Assembly: GCA_030295235.1 (NCBI GenBank)
Contig: AP026147.1
Location: forward strand, 434,001-498,000
Direction of reading: 5' to 3'
From: Fistulifera solaris
Lineage: Eukaryota
Length of the DNA: 64,000 nucleotides
The position numbers and the translations under genes were made by a program. The notes beneath the pieces were generated by a model, which worked only from the letters and a program-made list of their open reading frames with translations, was not told the DNA's origin and ran no database searches. Shown here piece after piece: positions 37,595 to 51,000 of the stretch; within the stretch, counting starts at the first letter, position 1, and each line of letters starts with the position of its first letter.

Positions 37595-37779
37595 TAAGAA
37601 CGTTTTTCACCGGAGAAATAGATTTACGTCCTGGCGATAGCCATGATTCGTCACCGTTTGAGATTCCTGTGCCACGTATGAAAGAAGAGCACCGGCTCAT
37701 CTATGCTTTCAGCATTTAGCTCAGCAAGCCCGGCTACAACAGATGAAAGCGTACAATTCTACTACGTTTTAGTACAGCA

Positions 37780-38534
37780 TTAAGATACTTTTCGATCATT
37801 CAATAAACGAACTTGTTTCTGCGCAGCACCATTCCATTGAAAACGTGTTTTCGTTATGGGAAGAATTCTTCGCATTTTCTTTAAACTCTCTTCGGCTTCC
37901 TCACAAGCGCCTTTCATTTGTTCATAGAATTCCGTTTCACGTGCGGCAATCTCTTTCACTGTCGCCTTGGCAATCTTTTCGTCGTACGACATATTGCGCG
38001 CTTCTAATTTGGCGACAATCGCATTCACCGCTTCTTCTTCGGTTCCCACCGGACGCTCCGGATATTGTCGCGTGGCTCGAAGTTGAATGTTGGATCCGCC
38101 TTCGTAATAGTGCAGATGGACCTGTGTAGTGCCTCCCATTGCGACTTGTGTTTCGGTTTTCGGTGTTATATTCCATGTCGTCGACCATCCCCCCGCACGG
38201 CAATTCGGTGATTCCAATTTTTCGACGTACGTCTTTGCGGTGATTTGACATTCCTTTTCGGCGTTCGCTTGCACTGTCAAGCGTGCCGTCAAATCTTGGC
38301 CGCGTAACGTCCTTGATAATCTTCTAATTTTCCTTGAATCGCTGTCATTAAGGGTGTTGCCGCATTCTCGTTCGGGTCGATCGTTAAGGAGCATGTTCTT
38401 TCGTTCAATTCCTTCATAACGTCATCATTCAACGCACTCAACTTCGTCAGTTGATTTTTCAGGGCCGCCTTATCTTTCGTCTCCATTGGTGGCAACGAGA
38501 GCATCACATCACGCCCAAAATCTGTGTCGGGCAT
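37780..38534 (-). CDS. F-actin capping protein alpha subunit-like
   Basis: N.RAG.WS..W, VHLHYYE.G.NIQL and LKKMRRILPITKTRF.W. Indel near 38295. Confidence 0.78.
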
Positions 38535-39310
38535 TTTCGCAACGATTCGACGAAGTGATCAGTTTCTGACTAACAGTCGATGCGGCGAGATGGGAAGCGC
38601 AAAGGATTAGACAATATTGGTGACAAAATGATGATGTGAAATGATGTGAAAGTGACCCGTCGCCATGGTCATGGTGGCGGTGAAAAAGCAACGCAAAGAC
38701 CTTGGTACTGTTTCAGCTATAGTAGGTCTTGAGTGCCACATTATTCGGGACCGGCTTGGATTGAGTCCCCCAACCAGGACGACTTTTTTTATTAAAAAAT
38801 AAAAATTTCTATGAGAGTAACAAGCGGTGTGATAAATTCAGCAAAATCGTGCTAATTATTCACCAACATGACCAGAAAATAGCCTGCACTCACTTTCCAA
38901 GGCAACTAGGCCCATTGATTTTTTTCGAATAGAGGCAGCATCGCAACACCCCACAATATTTTTACTCGTGACGGAAAGGGAGTCGTGGCGAAAACGGACA
39001 ACACTTAGCGTCACAGTTCAACGATAACAAAAACTATAACCTTAATGATGCCTTCAGAGACTCGAAGACGCGCCGACACCATCATCATGATGACGATGAA
39101 TGGCAAAATACTTCAGTTTAAACATTTCAAAGTACCTGGTAAATTAGAAATCATACCTTCATTTCCAAGTATCTATCAATCATATTCACAAAGCCGGTGA
39201 GTCTCAGCAGTAGCACTCATTGCGACGACGACTCCTCTACTAGTCTTGTGTTTGTCACAATTTGATACGGAGTATAGGCGTACCAAAATAAGAAGACTTT
39301 TGACAATAAT

Positions 39311-39913
39311 ATGCTGTTGCTACGAAACCTATGCATTGCCACTTATCTTTGCGGATTAGTGAACGCATTTGTTACACCAAACGCGGCAACAAGAGTCACT
39401 CGGCAAGTCACTATATTGAACGCGGCGTCACGCCGACGTGTCCTTGAACAGTCCTCGGCTTGCTTGCTGGGCTTGCTTCCACAAGCCAGTTCGGCGTCAT
39501 CGTCCTTATCCGATTCACTGCAAGCGATTCAGCAAGCCCGTAAACAGATGGAAATTATCCCCCATTTAATTAAAGAAGAGAAATGGGATTCGGTGCGTGC
39601 CATTTTGATTACACCGCCCCTCGCCGACTGCTGGGCAAAAACCAGTCGGCCTTTGTTAAAGAACTACGCCGATCAGGTGGGAGATAGTGGAGGAGATGAA
39701 TTGGCGGCCATCGAGCTAAAAGAGGATCTCATTTCCCATTTGCGATACCTCGATATGGCTGTGTACAACAATGTATTCAATCCAATCAACACGATGGGTG
39801 AGAACGGGGCTACAAAGGCACTCATAAAGTCTTATTACGAAGACCCGATCAACGAGTACAAAGCCTCTATTGAAGCGCTGGACAGTCTCATTAAACTGGC
39901 GGATCCATCATGA
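39311..39913 (+). CDS. Conserved plastid (thylakoid lumen) helical protein, PsbQ-like fold possible
   Basis: Signal + NA-FVTP plastid motif, SRRRVL...ASSA Tat-like second signal, EEKWDSVRAIL motif. Confidence 0.6.
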   Translation: MLLLRNLCIATYLCGLVNAFVTPNAATRVTRQVTILNAASRRRVLEQSSACLLGLLPQASSASSSLSDSLQAIQQARKQMEIIPHLIKEEKWDSVRAILITPPLADCWAKTSRPLLKNYADQVGDSGGDELAAIELKEDLISHLRYLDMAVYNNVFNPINTMGENGATKALIKSYYEDPINEYKASIEALDSLIKLADPS

Positions 39914-40206
39914 TGACCTACCCATCCTGAAAGATCTACATCATAGAAAGAAATAAACATCATCAAATCACAACTAAACAGAAAGAGAACTCTTTAGAAA
40001 AGAACAAGTAGGTAATTCAAGAATGTAAGATTCTAATAGCTTATGATAGGAACTTTGTGGGCTTAAGGAGCAATGCAGCTGCATTCCTCCTCGAGGCCAC
40101 AATTCGGAACAATGCTATGCCTTCGACAAGCCTTGGTCAACAAGATATGCTCTTTAAATCATATTTCGCTGCGCAAGATTAGTCGCACTCCCGTAGGAGA
40201 GTGAAC

Positions 40207-42032
40207 TTACTGTCCACTGGTAAAGTCAAGGTAGCAGGGCCGTCACTCATTCCGAAACCGAACTGATCGCCGTCCATTTGGGGAGCAAGATTCGCAATCT
40301 CGCCTTCCTCTTCAATATCAAAGTAAGTCTCCAAAATCTTAATCGACTTTTCGTAGATGTCGTTGTTCGAGTGTTGTTGAAGCTCTTCGATCTTGGTGAG
40401 GCCTTCGGCTTCTGAAATGAGCGCGACCATCATGTTGGGACTTCCCGTTTGCCGAGATTCTTCTTCGCCAGTCTTTAAGATGTTTTCTAGTCCCTCTAGA
40501 GCGATAGTGACAATCTTCGGATCGGAGACTGTCAACAGGTCGCAAAGAGGACGAATGCAACCCTGTTGAACCAAAAATTTGATTTGCTGAGGACTGCCGC
40601 CCGAAGTGGCGTTGGAGATCGCCCACGCAGCTTCCTTGCGGATGTCAAATTCAGCGTTACTCAGAAGTTGAACGAGTGGCGGAATGATGTTATTCTCAAT
40701 TACCGACTGGATCTGTTCCTTGTTACCGGCGGTGATGTTTGAAATCGTCCAGCAGGCCTCCTTGCGAATACCTTTCTTGGGACTAGAAAGGAGTGCCAAC
40801 AAGCATGGAAGTGCATTGTTGTTGATGACGTATTGTGTCTGCAAATCATTACCCGTCACAATGTTTCCAATCGTTCGTAGAGCAGGAGTCTGGACAGCAG
40901 GGCTACAAGAAAAAAGGGCATAGTGAGACAGGGAAATCATCATTGTCGACAGGTAAAACACCAACTAAATTTTGACGTACCTCGGGTTCAGGAGTAATTC
41001 AACCAAGCGGCGAATGATACCAGACTCAATGACAGCCTGGATCTTCTCATTAGGACCATCCGAAAGGTAGGAAAGGGCCCAACAAGCATCCGTAAGAACC
41101 TCCTCATCCGGACTAAAAATGAGCTGCGCCAAGGTTGGCAATGCAGGTCGAACCATCTCAAAATCCGGCTGCGGCTTTCCACGGCAAAAGTTCGATAACG
41201 TCCAAGTAGCATTACGAAGCATACTCAACTTCGAGTTCTGATGCAACTGCATGAGAAGTGGCTGCATAGCGCCTGCTTGCAACACCAGATCACGGCAGGG
41301 AGGAGAGTCACCCGCAATGTTTCCGAGGGCCCAAACAGCCTGCTCACGAACATCATCATTGGGGCTCATCAAAAGGCGGACGAAAATGGGGACGGCTCCC
41401 ACCTCCATGACAACTTTCGTATGCTCCGAAGTACCACTGGCAATGTTCGTCAACGCCCACGCCGCCTCAAACTGAAGAGCCGGATTATCATCACGCTGCA
41501 GAAACTCAACAAATCGAGGGACTACCTGTGCATCGATGACTTGTTGAATGGGCGGGTTTTTCTCAATCGACAAGAGACGACGGAATTGCGTAGTACATTC
41601 GGTTTGCACCGCCGGATCGTTCCCCATGACACCTTGAACCATCGCCGGAAGTTGCTCGAGCTTGGACGCATTGACAGCCGCACGGGCGGTGTTGGTGATC
41701 ATGCCCTGATCGAGATCCGCGTATGTGTTATCTCCCGCATTCATCAACATGTTGGCCGCCGCCAAACCCGCCGGGGTGGTTGCGGACATTTCTCCCGACG
41801 GCATTTGACGACGCTTGGCCATGCGAGCATCCTTTTTGTTTTTGCGCAATTGAATCGTCGTTTCCTCACGATCTCTGCGGCTTTCTTCCGCGTCAATCGT
41901 CTTTTTGAACTGTCGCTGTGAATGATAAGAAGAGGTAAGAAGTGTAAGTGAGCAAAGCTGTCATGCAATCCTTTTGCGACAAACGTGCAAAAAGAGCAAA
42001 CTTACATCGGCTGGTTTCGCTGCGGCGCTCAT
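40207..42032 (-). CDS. Importin subunit alpha
   Basis: IBB (RQFKK...RREE..IQLRK.KK) and ARM repeats ([27 protein letters not shown]). Introns 41916-42005 and about 40904-40980. Probable indel near the stop. Confidence 0.97.
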
Positions 42033-42569
42033 CGTTCTGGTTGAGAAAAGCGAATTCAATAACTGTTTCTTTGGAATGTAAATCGCTTGTGGCGATCAAT
42101 TAACTCTTCAAAGGAAGATGAATGTTGTTTGTGTGATAATTCGCTTGGTCCTTCGCCTTCGATGGCTGCGCTTTGGCTGTTTGCCGCAAAGAAATGGAGC
42201 CGTTTCTGATTTAACGCCTACGATCAATGTTCATTAAACACGTAAAGCTGGTGCGACACATTACTAAGGGCCCCTAACGAATTGATAAAAATTTAGGAGG
42301 TCGCGCCAGCCGGCCCGGTTCTCTCCAGCTCGACTACAATGTACGCTACACAACAACATCGGTAGGAATTCGGAATTCACTCGCGTCAAGTATCAAAGAA
42401 AGGATTCAATAACGGGTCACAGGACAGACGAAGCAGGAAACTGGCAACTCTGGCATTCGCCTTCTCGTCATCTCGTCCTCGCTTTTTGCTTTTAGGTTGC
42501 AACAAAGTGTTTATAATCGACCAAGACCATGAGCAGATAGGTTTTCGCATTCAAGGAACACTTTAAAAC

Positions 42570-44631
42570 ATGTCAGAAACTCCTTCTTTTGCAAGGTCCC
42601 CATCCTTTGAGGAGGAAACGCCGCGGAATGAGAATCCAAGTACCGACAAAACGGGCACTCCGTTTTTTGCCGATTACGTTATGGATCTTAGTGAAGCGCA
42701 CGATCTTGCGGAGACTCCGGATCCAACAAAACCCCCTTTAGATGTTTCCAATATGAGTTCAAGTCGGATTGAAAGTATCCAAGTTCCTTCCCTTGGTGTT
42801 GCCCTCAAAAGGACTGTTGAAGAATCGGACGACGTTTCCTCAGAAGCGGATTCTACTTCTGGCAACGAGCCGCGATCGTTTAATCGCATCTCCAATTTTG
42901 AAATGAACCTTCGCCATGCTTCCCCTCCCCCGTCTGTACCTAGATGGCCTCGAGACATTCCATGGGCATTTGCCTTTCTAGTATTTGTGCCGCTATCAGC
43001 CGTTGTGCCGATACTCGATTGGCGACGGAACAACGTGGCATCACCGTTGGAAGTCCATCCTCTTTCGACAGCCTCTTTGCATGCTCTCTTCTGGGCAGGA
43101 ATCGCTGCACTAATATTAAGCAGAGCTCTGTATCGCACCCCAGGAGGAGGAGATGGTGAAGACGCCCGCCACTTGCTTGGCGCTGCTCTGACGACGGCGG
43201 CACCCATCTCGGTGGCTATTAATATTGCGCTCGTTCTGATGGTTCTTTACGCATGCCCTCGTGCTCGAATAGGTGCACTTGTCCCTCTATGGTACACGGT
43301 ACGAGATCTTTACTTGTTTCGTCGATGGCGAAGAAGAAATCAACAGTCGGTGCAGGGAGTCGTCAAGCCTTTTCCAGGCTCTGACATCCATGGTTTTAGA
43401 TATACTCAGTCGTTCGTTACGGCGCGCCAGCTTCTTTCGTGTTTTAACTTTGATACTGGGAATACAGTTCGGGGTGTTGATTGTATGGCGTTGGGCTCTA
43501 CTAGCATCGCTGCATCAGCCCCTCCATGTGATCCTGATGGTGCTCATCGGCTTCAAATGGGTGACAGGAACAGTTGCACGTATGCTGAGCTTGCTTGCTT
43601 CGGGTGGCATTATGTCTTGGTTTGCGCAACAAGCAAGGCTGGCTCATGAATACCCCTCTCCCTCCTTAGACCGCGAGAGCTCTGACGGTACCTCGGAAGA
43701 CATTGAAAATGATGCTATGATAACGGAGGCATACAGGACGGTTGATGCATCTGTATACCAGTCCGTCGCTGATATGGACGATGTATTGGATGATGATTAT
43801 GAAATGGATGACGAAGAGTTCCTCGAAGCTCCAAGCCCACGAGTCGATGGACGGCGAGAATCGATGCAGAGAGCCGGCGTTATGAATCACTCTACTGTGA
43901 AATCGATTTTGCATGGCGGCATGACAGTCTCTTTTGGTTCAGTTTGTCAATGTGGTTTATTGGGGGGATAGCGCAGTTTGTTTGGAGCCAGATAAGAAAG
44001 ATTGAATTTTCCCGTTCTTTGATACAGAGACACCGCAACAACGGAGGACAAAATGGCTTTCGTGGGATGGAGGTAAACGGTTCATATCAATCGTGCGGTA
44101 ATCGGATGTACGAAAGCGCTCTTTATCTAGCAAGAAGCTTTGTGAGGAGATTTTCAGATCTGGCCATGTGTCACGTTGCACTATTCTACAAGAGTTATCA
44201 AAGGGCGGCCCTAGACGTTGCGACTCTGGTCGAAGAATCAGGTAAGTCCTTTGCAGTCGCTGGACCAATTTTCAAGTGTCTTGCGCTCATCATTTTGTAC
44301 AGGAGTTGAGCCTATCCTTCACGATGACATCTCGACTCATATGTGTGCTTGCGTTGGCGGGGCTATTTCGGGCATCATTGTGATTATAAGCGGCCTTCTG
44401 TTGCTGCATCAGCGAAAGAACTTTGACCCTCCCATTTCCGATGCACAAGTTGTCACAAACATGATTGCGGCGTTCGTTTTTTCTTACACAATGATATTCA
44501 CAGTTATGGAGCCCCTGCGAGCCTCGATCAAGGCTGTCTACGTTTCTTTTGCGCAACATCCAGAGAGTCTTAGTCGAGCTTTCCCTATCATTTACCACAG
44601 ATTACACAGGCTATCATCGGAGCACAGATAG
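42570..44631 (+). CDS. Choline transporter-like (CTL/SLC44) multi-pass membrane protein
   Basis: RD..WA..F, multiple TM helices, T.SFGS.C.GL, A...KSY..AA and ..VYVSFAQHPE.L motifs. Intron about 44242-44302 and indels. Confidence 0.72.
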
Positions 44632-44748
44632 TCTCAGGAAATACTGAATTTAAATGAAGCTAGTTACTACGAATGCGACTATCAAATCAGTATATTCGTT
44701 ATAAGAATCATTTTCTACTAGTTGTGAGATCATGACTCATCGACTCGC

Positions 44749-47096
44749 TTAAGCAGAATCCTTTTTCTCTTCTTCGTTGTCTTCTGCGTCAGGTCCAGCA
44801 ATAAGCGCCTCGAAATATTCAGGCTGTACAGAGCAAACATAGAACTTTTCGCTGGGTTGGAACCCGTTAAAGTTCGAAGACGCAGCCATGGTGTATGCAC
44901 CCATGTTCTGAAAGTACATCCAGTCTCCAACCTCCAACTTGGGAAGCAAGACGGAGCGAGCCACAACGTCAATCGAGTCGCAGGTATTTCCAAACACAGT
45001 GGACGTGTAAAGCTGCTGGTTCACTTGGAATGCATCGGGCATGGTGTCTGCATCGAATTCGAGGATACCATCGACAGTCTTGGACGCGAATACCTTTCCG
45101 TTGCGCTCACGTAACACACGTGGTCGAACAGTGGCATGGTCAAACATGATATTGTTAAAAGCAGAGTACACGCTGTTGTTGATCGTGTAAGCAATATCGT
45201 CTTGCAACGGCCCACTATCCGCAACAGCTTGCATCACAATGCCATTGATGGCTGCCTCACCGGCCGCTGCAAGAGTGATCAAGGCATCGGTTTCTTCACC
45301 ATCCTTGTCCATCGCAACAAGAGGATAAGTCATTCCTTCCACAGTGTGCTTCATATTCTTGGTCTGAGCCTCCGTCGGTGCTCCCAAAATATCAGCGGCC
45401 GTTTCGAAATCTTCATCATAGATATCGATGACATCGTTGTAGGCGTCTGCTTCCTGCTGAGACAGGTTCTGACGAGCGTAGAGTCGGGAGTAGCTCTGCA
45501 ATTCTTCCACCATGGTTTCAAGAACAGTTTCGGTCTCGGTACCGCCCAATGACAAGTTGCGAATGGTTCGATCCATGCGATTCTTCGGTCCGTTGACAAG
45601 CTCCGCTTCCTCTTCTCGAGTCATCTCGCTGAGTCGTTGAGCATGTTCTTGATCATCATGAGGCTCAAGCTCGAAGGTATCGTCGCACTCGTTGGTGCGC
45701 ATCGCAATGACGTTGCAGCAGAGCGTCGAGCACGCGGCGACCAAGAAACGCCCCGGCTCTCCGATGACTCGTACTCCCGAATCTTCCGGGAAAAGGTCAT
45801 CGATGATGGGCGCAACATACTCCGCAATTTCTTTGAAGAACATGAATCGGTCGGATTCTTCCGACACGCCATCATCGGATCCTTGTTCAGTTCCTTCTTT
45901 CTTCAAGGATTCCGGCTCTTCATCAATCTCTTCTTGAGGATTCCAAAGACTGTGAGTTTCACCAGGGAAACCACCACCAATGTCAAGAACCGACATGTTG
46001 AAGCCGTACTCCTTCTTGGCCAAGTCAAAGATCTCACGAGCATCCTTGAGCGCCAATTCGTAGCGCGTTCCATCGCGACATCCCGATCCGACGTGAAAAC
46101 TGACACCAATGACCTCCAAGCCGCATTTCTTGGCCGTAGCCAAGAGCGGTCGCCACTCTGGCACGCGGAGCACCGAACTTGCTCGAAAGGCGGCATTGCG
46201 AACCGCGGTCATCGGTCACGATGCGGAGGATGAGCTGAATCTTCTTGGAGATTGCCGCGCATTTTTTGATCTCTTCGGCATTGTCGAAGGTGACCATGCG
46301 AATGCCTTTGCAAACGGCTTCCAAAAGGTGAGCACGAGCTTTCGAAGGATTGGCGTAGATGATATCGGGCTGACGGGGAAGATCTTTCGCAATGTCTTGC
46401 ACCAGACGAATTTCCTCACGGGAAGCGCAATCAAAGTTGCATCCGAGAACGGCCAAAGTGCGCACAATGACGGGATCGGGGTTGCACTTGACAGCTGATG
46501 ATAGGAAGGGGCATAATCAGTGACATTGAGTGCAAACCCGTCAACAATGCTGTAGAGGAAGAAAAGAGTCTTACCATAGAAGGGTTCGATACGAGGAAAG
46601 TACTTGCGCCATTGATAGACTTGCGAAACAACAATGCCGAGATCGATTACGTAAAAGAGTCTTCAATAGGCGTCAAGTCAACACCATCGTTAACCACCCC
46701 CTCTTCAATGTTTTGAAAATGCTCAGGAACAGAAGCTTTCGAAACTCGTTCGGAGAGGTAGTAGCGGGTGGCGCGATTGAGACCGGTGCCTATCGCGCTG
46801 CCTCCGAGATAGACTTCATTGTCAATCAAGACCTTCGAAAGAATACCTTTGGATTCAACTTCATCGATTCCGGAGAACGAAATGCTGCGACCGTGGCGTA
46901 CCATCAAGCTTACTGTTTGGAAATAGCTCCCGCTCGTAAAATCGGTAACAACCACAACCGATTTTTTTGTGACGATGATTGTTGGAGGTGCGAACCGATC
47001 AAATTTTACCGCCGACGAGGAACTTGGGGCTGTCAGCCATTGCTTGTCTTTTCGTGGTCGGAGTGTGTCGATGTTCGAAGAGCCGGCATTCCCCAT
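44749..47096 (-). CDS. ODC: Ornithine decarboxylase (group IV PLP decarboxylase) with N-terminal extension and large inserts
   Basis: PFYAVKCNPDP (PLP Lys; intron 46495-46574), FDCAS, SFHVGSG, DIGGGFPG, EPGRF, GNTCDSID and MGAYT...SNFNGF. Start codon uncertain (47096 or 47040). Confidence 0.93.
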
Positions 47097-48003
47097 CAAG
47101 AATCGGACGAGCCTACGGCATCCTACGTGAAATCTACAGCACGAATCGATTTCTTGTGGAAAAACGTGGTGAGGGTTTGGCCAAGATCTACTGCAACTAT
47201 TGATAGTCAACTCGACTCTACTTTCTGACAGAGAGTCTGGCATCCGACACAGAACAGACACTTTCGTTTTGGCACAAAGCACAAAGCCAACGTCTTGTTC
47301 AACGTTCCTCGTTCCTCCGCACGCGTTGAGTTTTGCATGCGTGCAAGATTTACTGAAATATGACCGCATTCGCTATCTGTGATCCGTGTCGTGTACCGTG
47401 TGACTAAAACGTGTTTTAAGTTCCAAGGAGATATTTTCCTTGTTTTCTACTTTCCAGTTCTTGGATTCTGGATTCTGAATTCTGAATTCTAGATGACATA
47501 AAGCCTGTTTCCAATAATTGTTGTTCAATGTTCCAGACTCTCCTGTCATTAGGCCTCCTGTTCCTGTCTCTGCTCGCGTTTTGGAATCCTAGAGTTTCCG
47601 ATCCCGACGAACTGTTGTCGAAACATTCGTGCCGTCAATGTTTTGTCACAAAGCGGGACAAAACCAACCGGCCGGCGTAACTGTTTCAGCATACAAGACT
47701 GAACGAAGGGATGGTCGGATTGTACAAAATAGCCCATACCCAGCCCGGCGGAGTTTTGTCATTCACGAGATAGACTTGCTTTTTCAACAGCCAATATTAT
47801 TTACTGTGAAATAACCGTTGGACGTTAAAATGATTTTCTCTACCGTACTCAGTATTTAACACGCGCACTTCCTTTCAACGGACCTCTGTTTGCATGCTGT
47901 TTGCGGAGGAGGTTTGGGGGCAGACAAGCAGCACGATACAGTTTGACTTTTCCATCTCAAACTCTAACTTCCCGCTAATCAAGCTATTAATTACTGTTCG
48001 AAT

Positions 48004-51000
48004 ATGTCATCTACCGAACAAGGGAAACGATGGTATGATAGTGCCATGCAGACGGTCACGAGAAGTCTTTCGCAGCGTTCGTTGACGGGCATGGACAGTG
48101 AAGGAACGCAGCGACCGCCTATACCGATGTCTGCCTCGTTTGGGTCCATCGATATTCCGTTCTTAAATAGATCTTCTCACGGTAAAAGGAGTCGTTAGCT
48201 GATACTGTCAAAACCTTGTCGGAAGAGAATCAAAGATTGACAGAAACAGCGGCGAAATTGGAAGATGAGTACGTGGCCCAAATCGACAATTCCACACAAA
48301 GTTTTCGCGAGCAAAAGAATTTACTGAATGAACAACTTGATTTAAAAGAGAAACAAATTATGGAACTTCAAGAAAGATGCAACAATATGGAAGCGTTATT
48401 GCGGGAGAAAGATGCTGGATTTCAGGAATTAGAAACAGAAGCTGCGTCGTATCGGCGCACAATGGCGGAACTGGAGCAGAAAAGTAGACATCTTGAAACG
48501 GGTCTCAGAGAAGAAAAGAAGGAAAGCGTTGGAAGTGACGATCAAACTCAAGAGGAAAAGGAAGAGCTCCTGGCCTTGCGTGAACAGTGCCGTCATTATT
48601 CTTCGCAATTAGCGGAAGCGAACAGTCAACTGGCCGCACTCCAAGCGGAGGCTGAAAGCAAGGATCGATCAAGAAACGTTGAGGTTAGAGACTTGCGCGT
48701 CATGAATGAATCACAGCAAGAAGAGATTGATTCGCTACGACAGCATCTGGAGCAGCTGCAGAGTAACCTTTCGTCGCAGAAGGAAAACTATGAAAATTCA
48801 CTCAAATCATTAGAAAAGGATCTTGAAACTACCAAGGTCGAATCGTCCAAACAAGTGAATGAGCTTTTGAAAGACGTTGAACGACTGGAGAAGGAAAATC
48901 AGGCGCTGAAAAAGCCGAAGTCGGCATTCGAAGATGACGACAATGAGGACTTAATGGCCAGAGTAGAAACCCTAGAAAGAGAGAGACGTATGGTGGATGA
49001 CGACTACCAGCGAAGAATTTCCAAACTGCAACACAGTCACAAGCTAGCATTAAAAGAGTTACAGGAAGAGCTCGATGCGAGAGAAAACGAATTGCAAAAA
49101 TTAAGGAGAGAGCGTATCCCTTCCGAACTGACAGAGGACCCTCGCATCAATAATATGAAAGAGGAGATACAGAAGTTGAAAACTGACTTGTTACAGGCCT
49201 CACGTTTGCGCTATGAAGAAGAAGAATTTTCATTGGACCGCAAATCCATGGAAAAGAGATTTCGTCGCTAAGAGTAAAACTGGAGGAGCGTGAGGCGACA
49301 ATCGCCACTCTCACCAGCACCTCAAATACTTTGAATAAACAAGTCGTGTCTCAGAAAAACGAACTTGAGTCGTTTCGTTCGGTAAATTCTGCGGCAGAAG
49401 TAGCTAGGCTAAAGAGAGAGCTTGAGGCTAAAACTAAAGTGGAAGAGACGCTGACAGGTCAGTTTCAGCAGTTGAGGAAACAAGCTCAATCGACGCATGA
49501 AGAGCTTGCCCATCTTCATGCCATGCTTGAGCAAATCACCTCCGAGAAGAATAGACTGGAGCGCAGTCTGGACGAAGCTTGCGTTAACCCCGATAAAGTG
49601 GCCGCGGAGCACACCCGAAGGCAGTTGCAGGAGAGAGATGATGCTATTGCAAACCTTGTTAAACAATCAATCGCACTCGAAAAGACAATTCGTGAGTTGC
49701 AAGATGAGCTGTCCTTTACGAAGAAACAGCTGGTCCTGATGCAGGAAAATGGACCGAGTTCGTTGTCATCACAAGAAGTCAGTCAACTGAGGCGTGAAGC
49801 GGAAGTTTTTGCTGGCCAGGTCATCGAACTTGACGAAGAAATTGACTCGTTGAAGAAGTCGCTTGAAAGCAAAGATGGAGAAATTAACGACCTAAAGAAA
49901 GTGATCCAAAAGCTTGAGTCCAGTTCGGGTATGCGAAGTGCGGCTTTCTCTTCGAGGGGCGCCATGGACCTTAAGGCTGAATTGGACGAGTTGAAAGAAG
50001 CCAACGCAGTTCAACTAGAGGAGATTCGTCTTCTCCGTCGGAGAGCACGAGAGTTTGAGACTCAAGCTGACCAAGTTTCAAGAGCACAGCACGAAGCATC
50101 GACAATTCGGTTCGAGGCCGAGCAACTTAAGGACTCTGTTGCGACTTTATCAAAAGAGAGAGATGATGTCTTACACGAGCTGAGCACCTTGAAGCAAAAG
50201 TACGAGCAGGATCTTGCCAATATGGAACGCGAACTCCATGCAGCAAAGACTCAGCAGAGTAGGTCGATCGCAGAGCTTGAGGATGAATTAATGACGAGAA
50301 ACAAAGCTCTTACTCAGCAGAAAAGTGGAAGTATTGACGAGATGGAGCTGCAAGGACTACACGAGGAATTAAGTACACTTCGTCGAAATTTTGCCAGCCA
50401 GTCGGCTTCTCTGGAATCTGCAAACTCAACAATTAAGGAGCTCGAAAGTATGATTGCCAACAAAAGTTCTGTGGAGACTGTGCGTTACGAAGAAGAGAAG
50501 GAAGAACTGCTTGCCGAGATAGAATCTCTCCATGAGCAGCTTGAAAACGCTCAGCTTGAGCTCAAGAGAGTGGAAGAGCAAAGGTTCATCATTGATGACT
50601 TCAAAGCTAAGCTGGAGAGCGCAGACGAGGCCCGCGAAGCATCCGAAAAATCTATTATTGACACCTACGAGAGGAAACTGTCTCTTTTGAAGCTCGACAA
50701 AGATCTAACAATCGACAAATTACGAAGCGAGCTAATGGTTGAAAAGGAAGGAAACACGGAGGAGTTGAAAGAATTCGAGGACAGAATAAAGGAATATGAG
50801 AATGAAGTTAGCGAGTTGAAAGAGGAACTCAAGACACAAGTTGAAGAGAGAGAATCAAAAATATTTTCATTAGAGAGCACTCTAGAGGCCCAGGAACAAC
50901 TTTTGAAGAACATGCGCATCGAGATGGATCATCTCCAGTCGAGTATGGATGTTACCGCGGAAACTCGAAGGAAACAAGCCGACGATATGCAGCAAGATCT

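Noticed and set aside
41241..47228. Long antisense ORFs over importin alpha and ODC
   Set aside because: They are shadow frames from codon bias, with no recognisable motifs.
47464..47493. Short 7-bp repeat (ATTCTGR)n; also (CTAGA)n at 58143-58165
   Set aside because: These are ordinary microsatellites with no further support.
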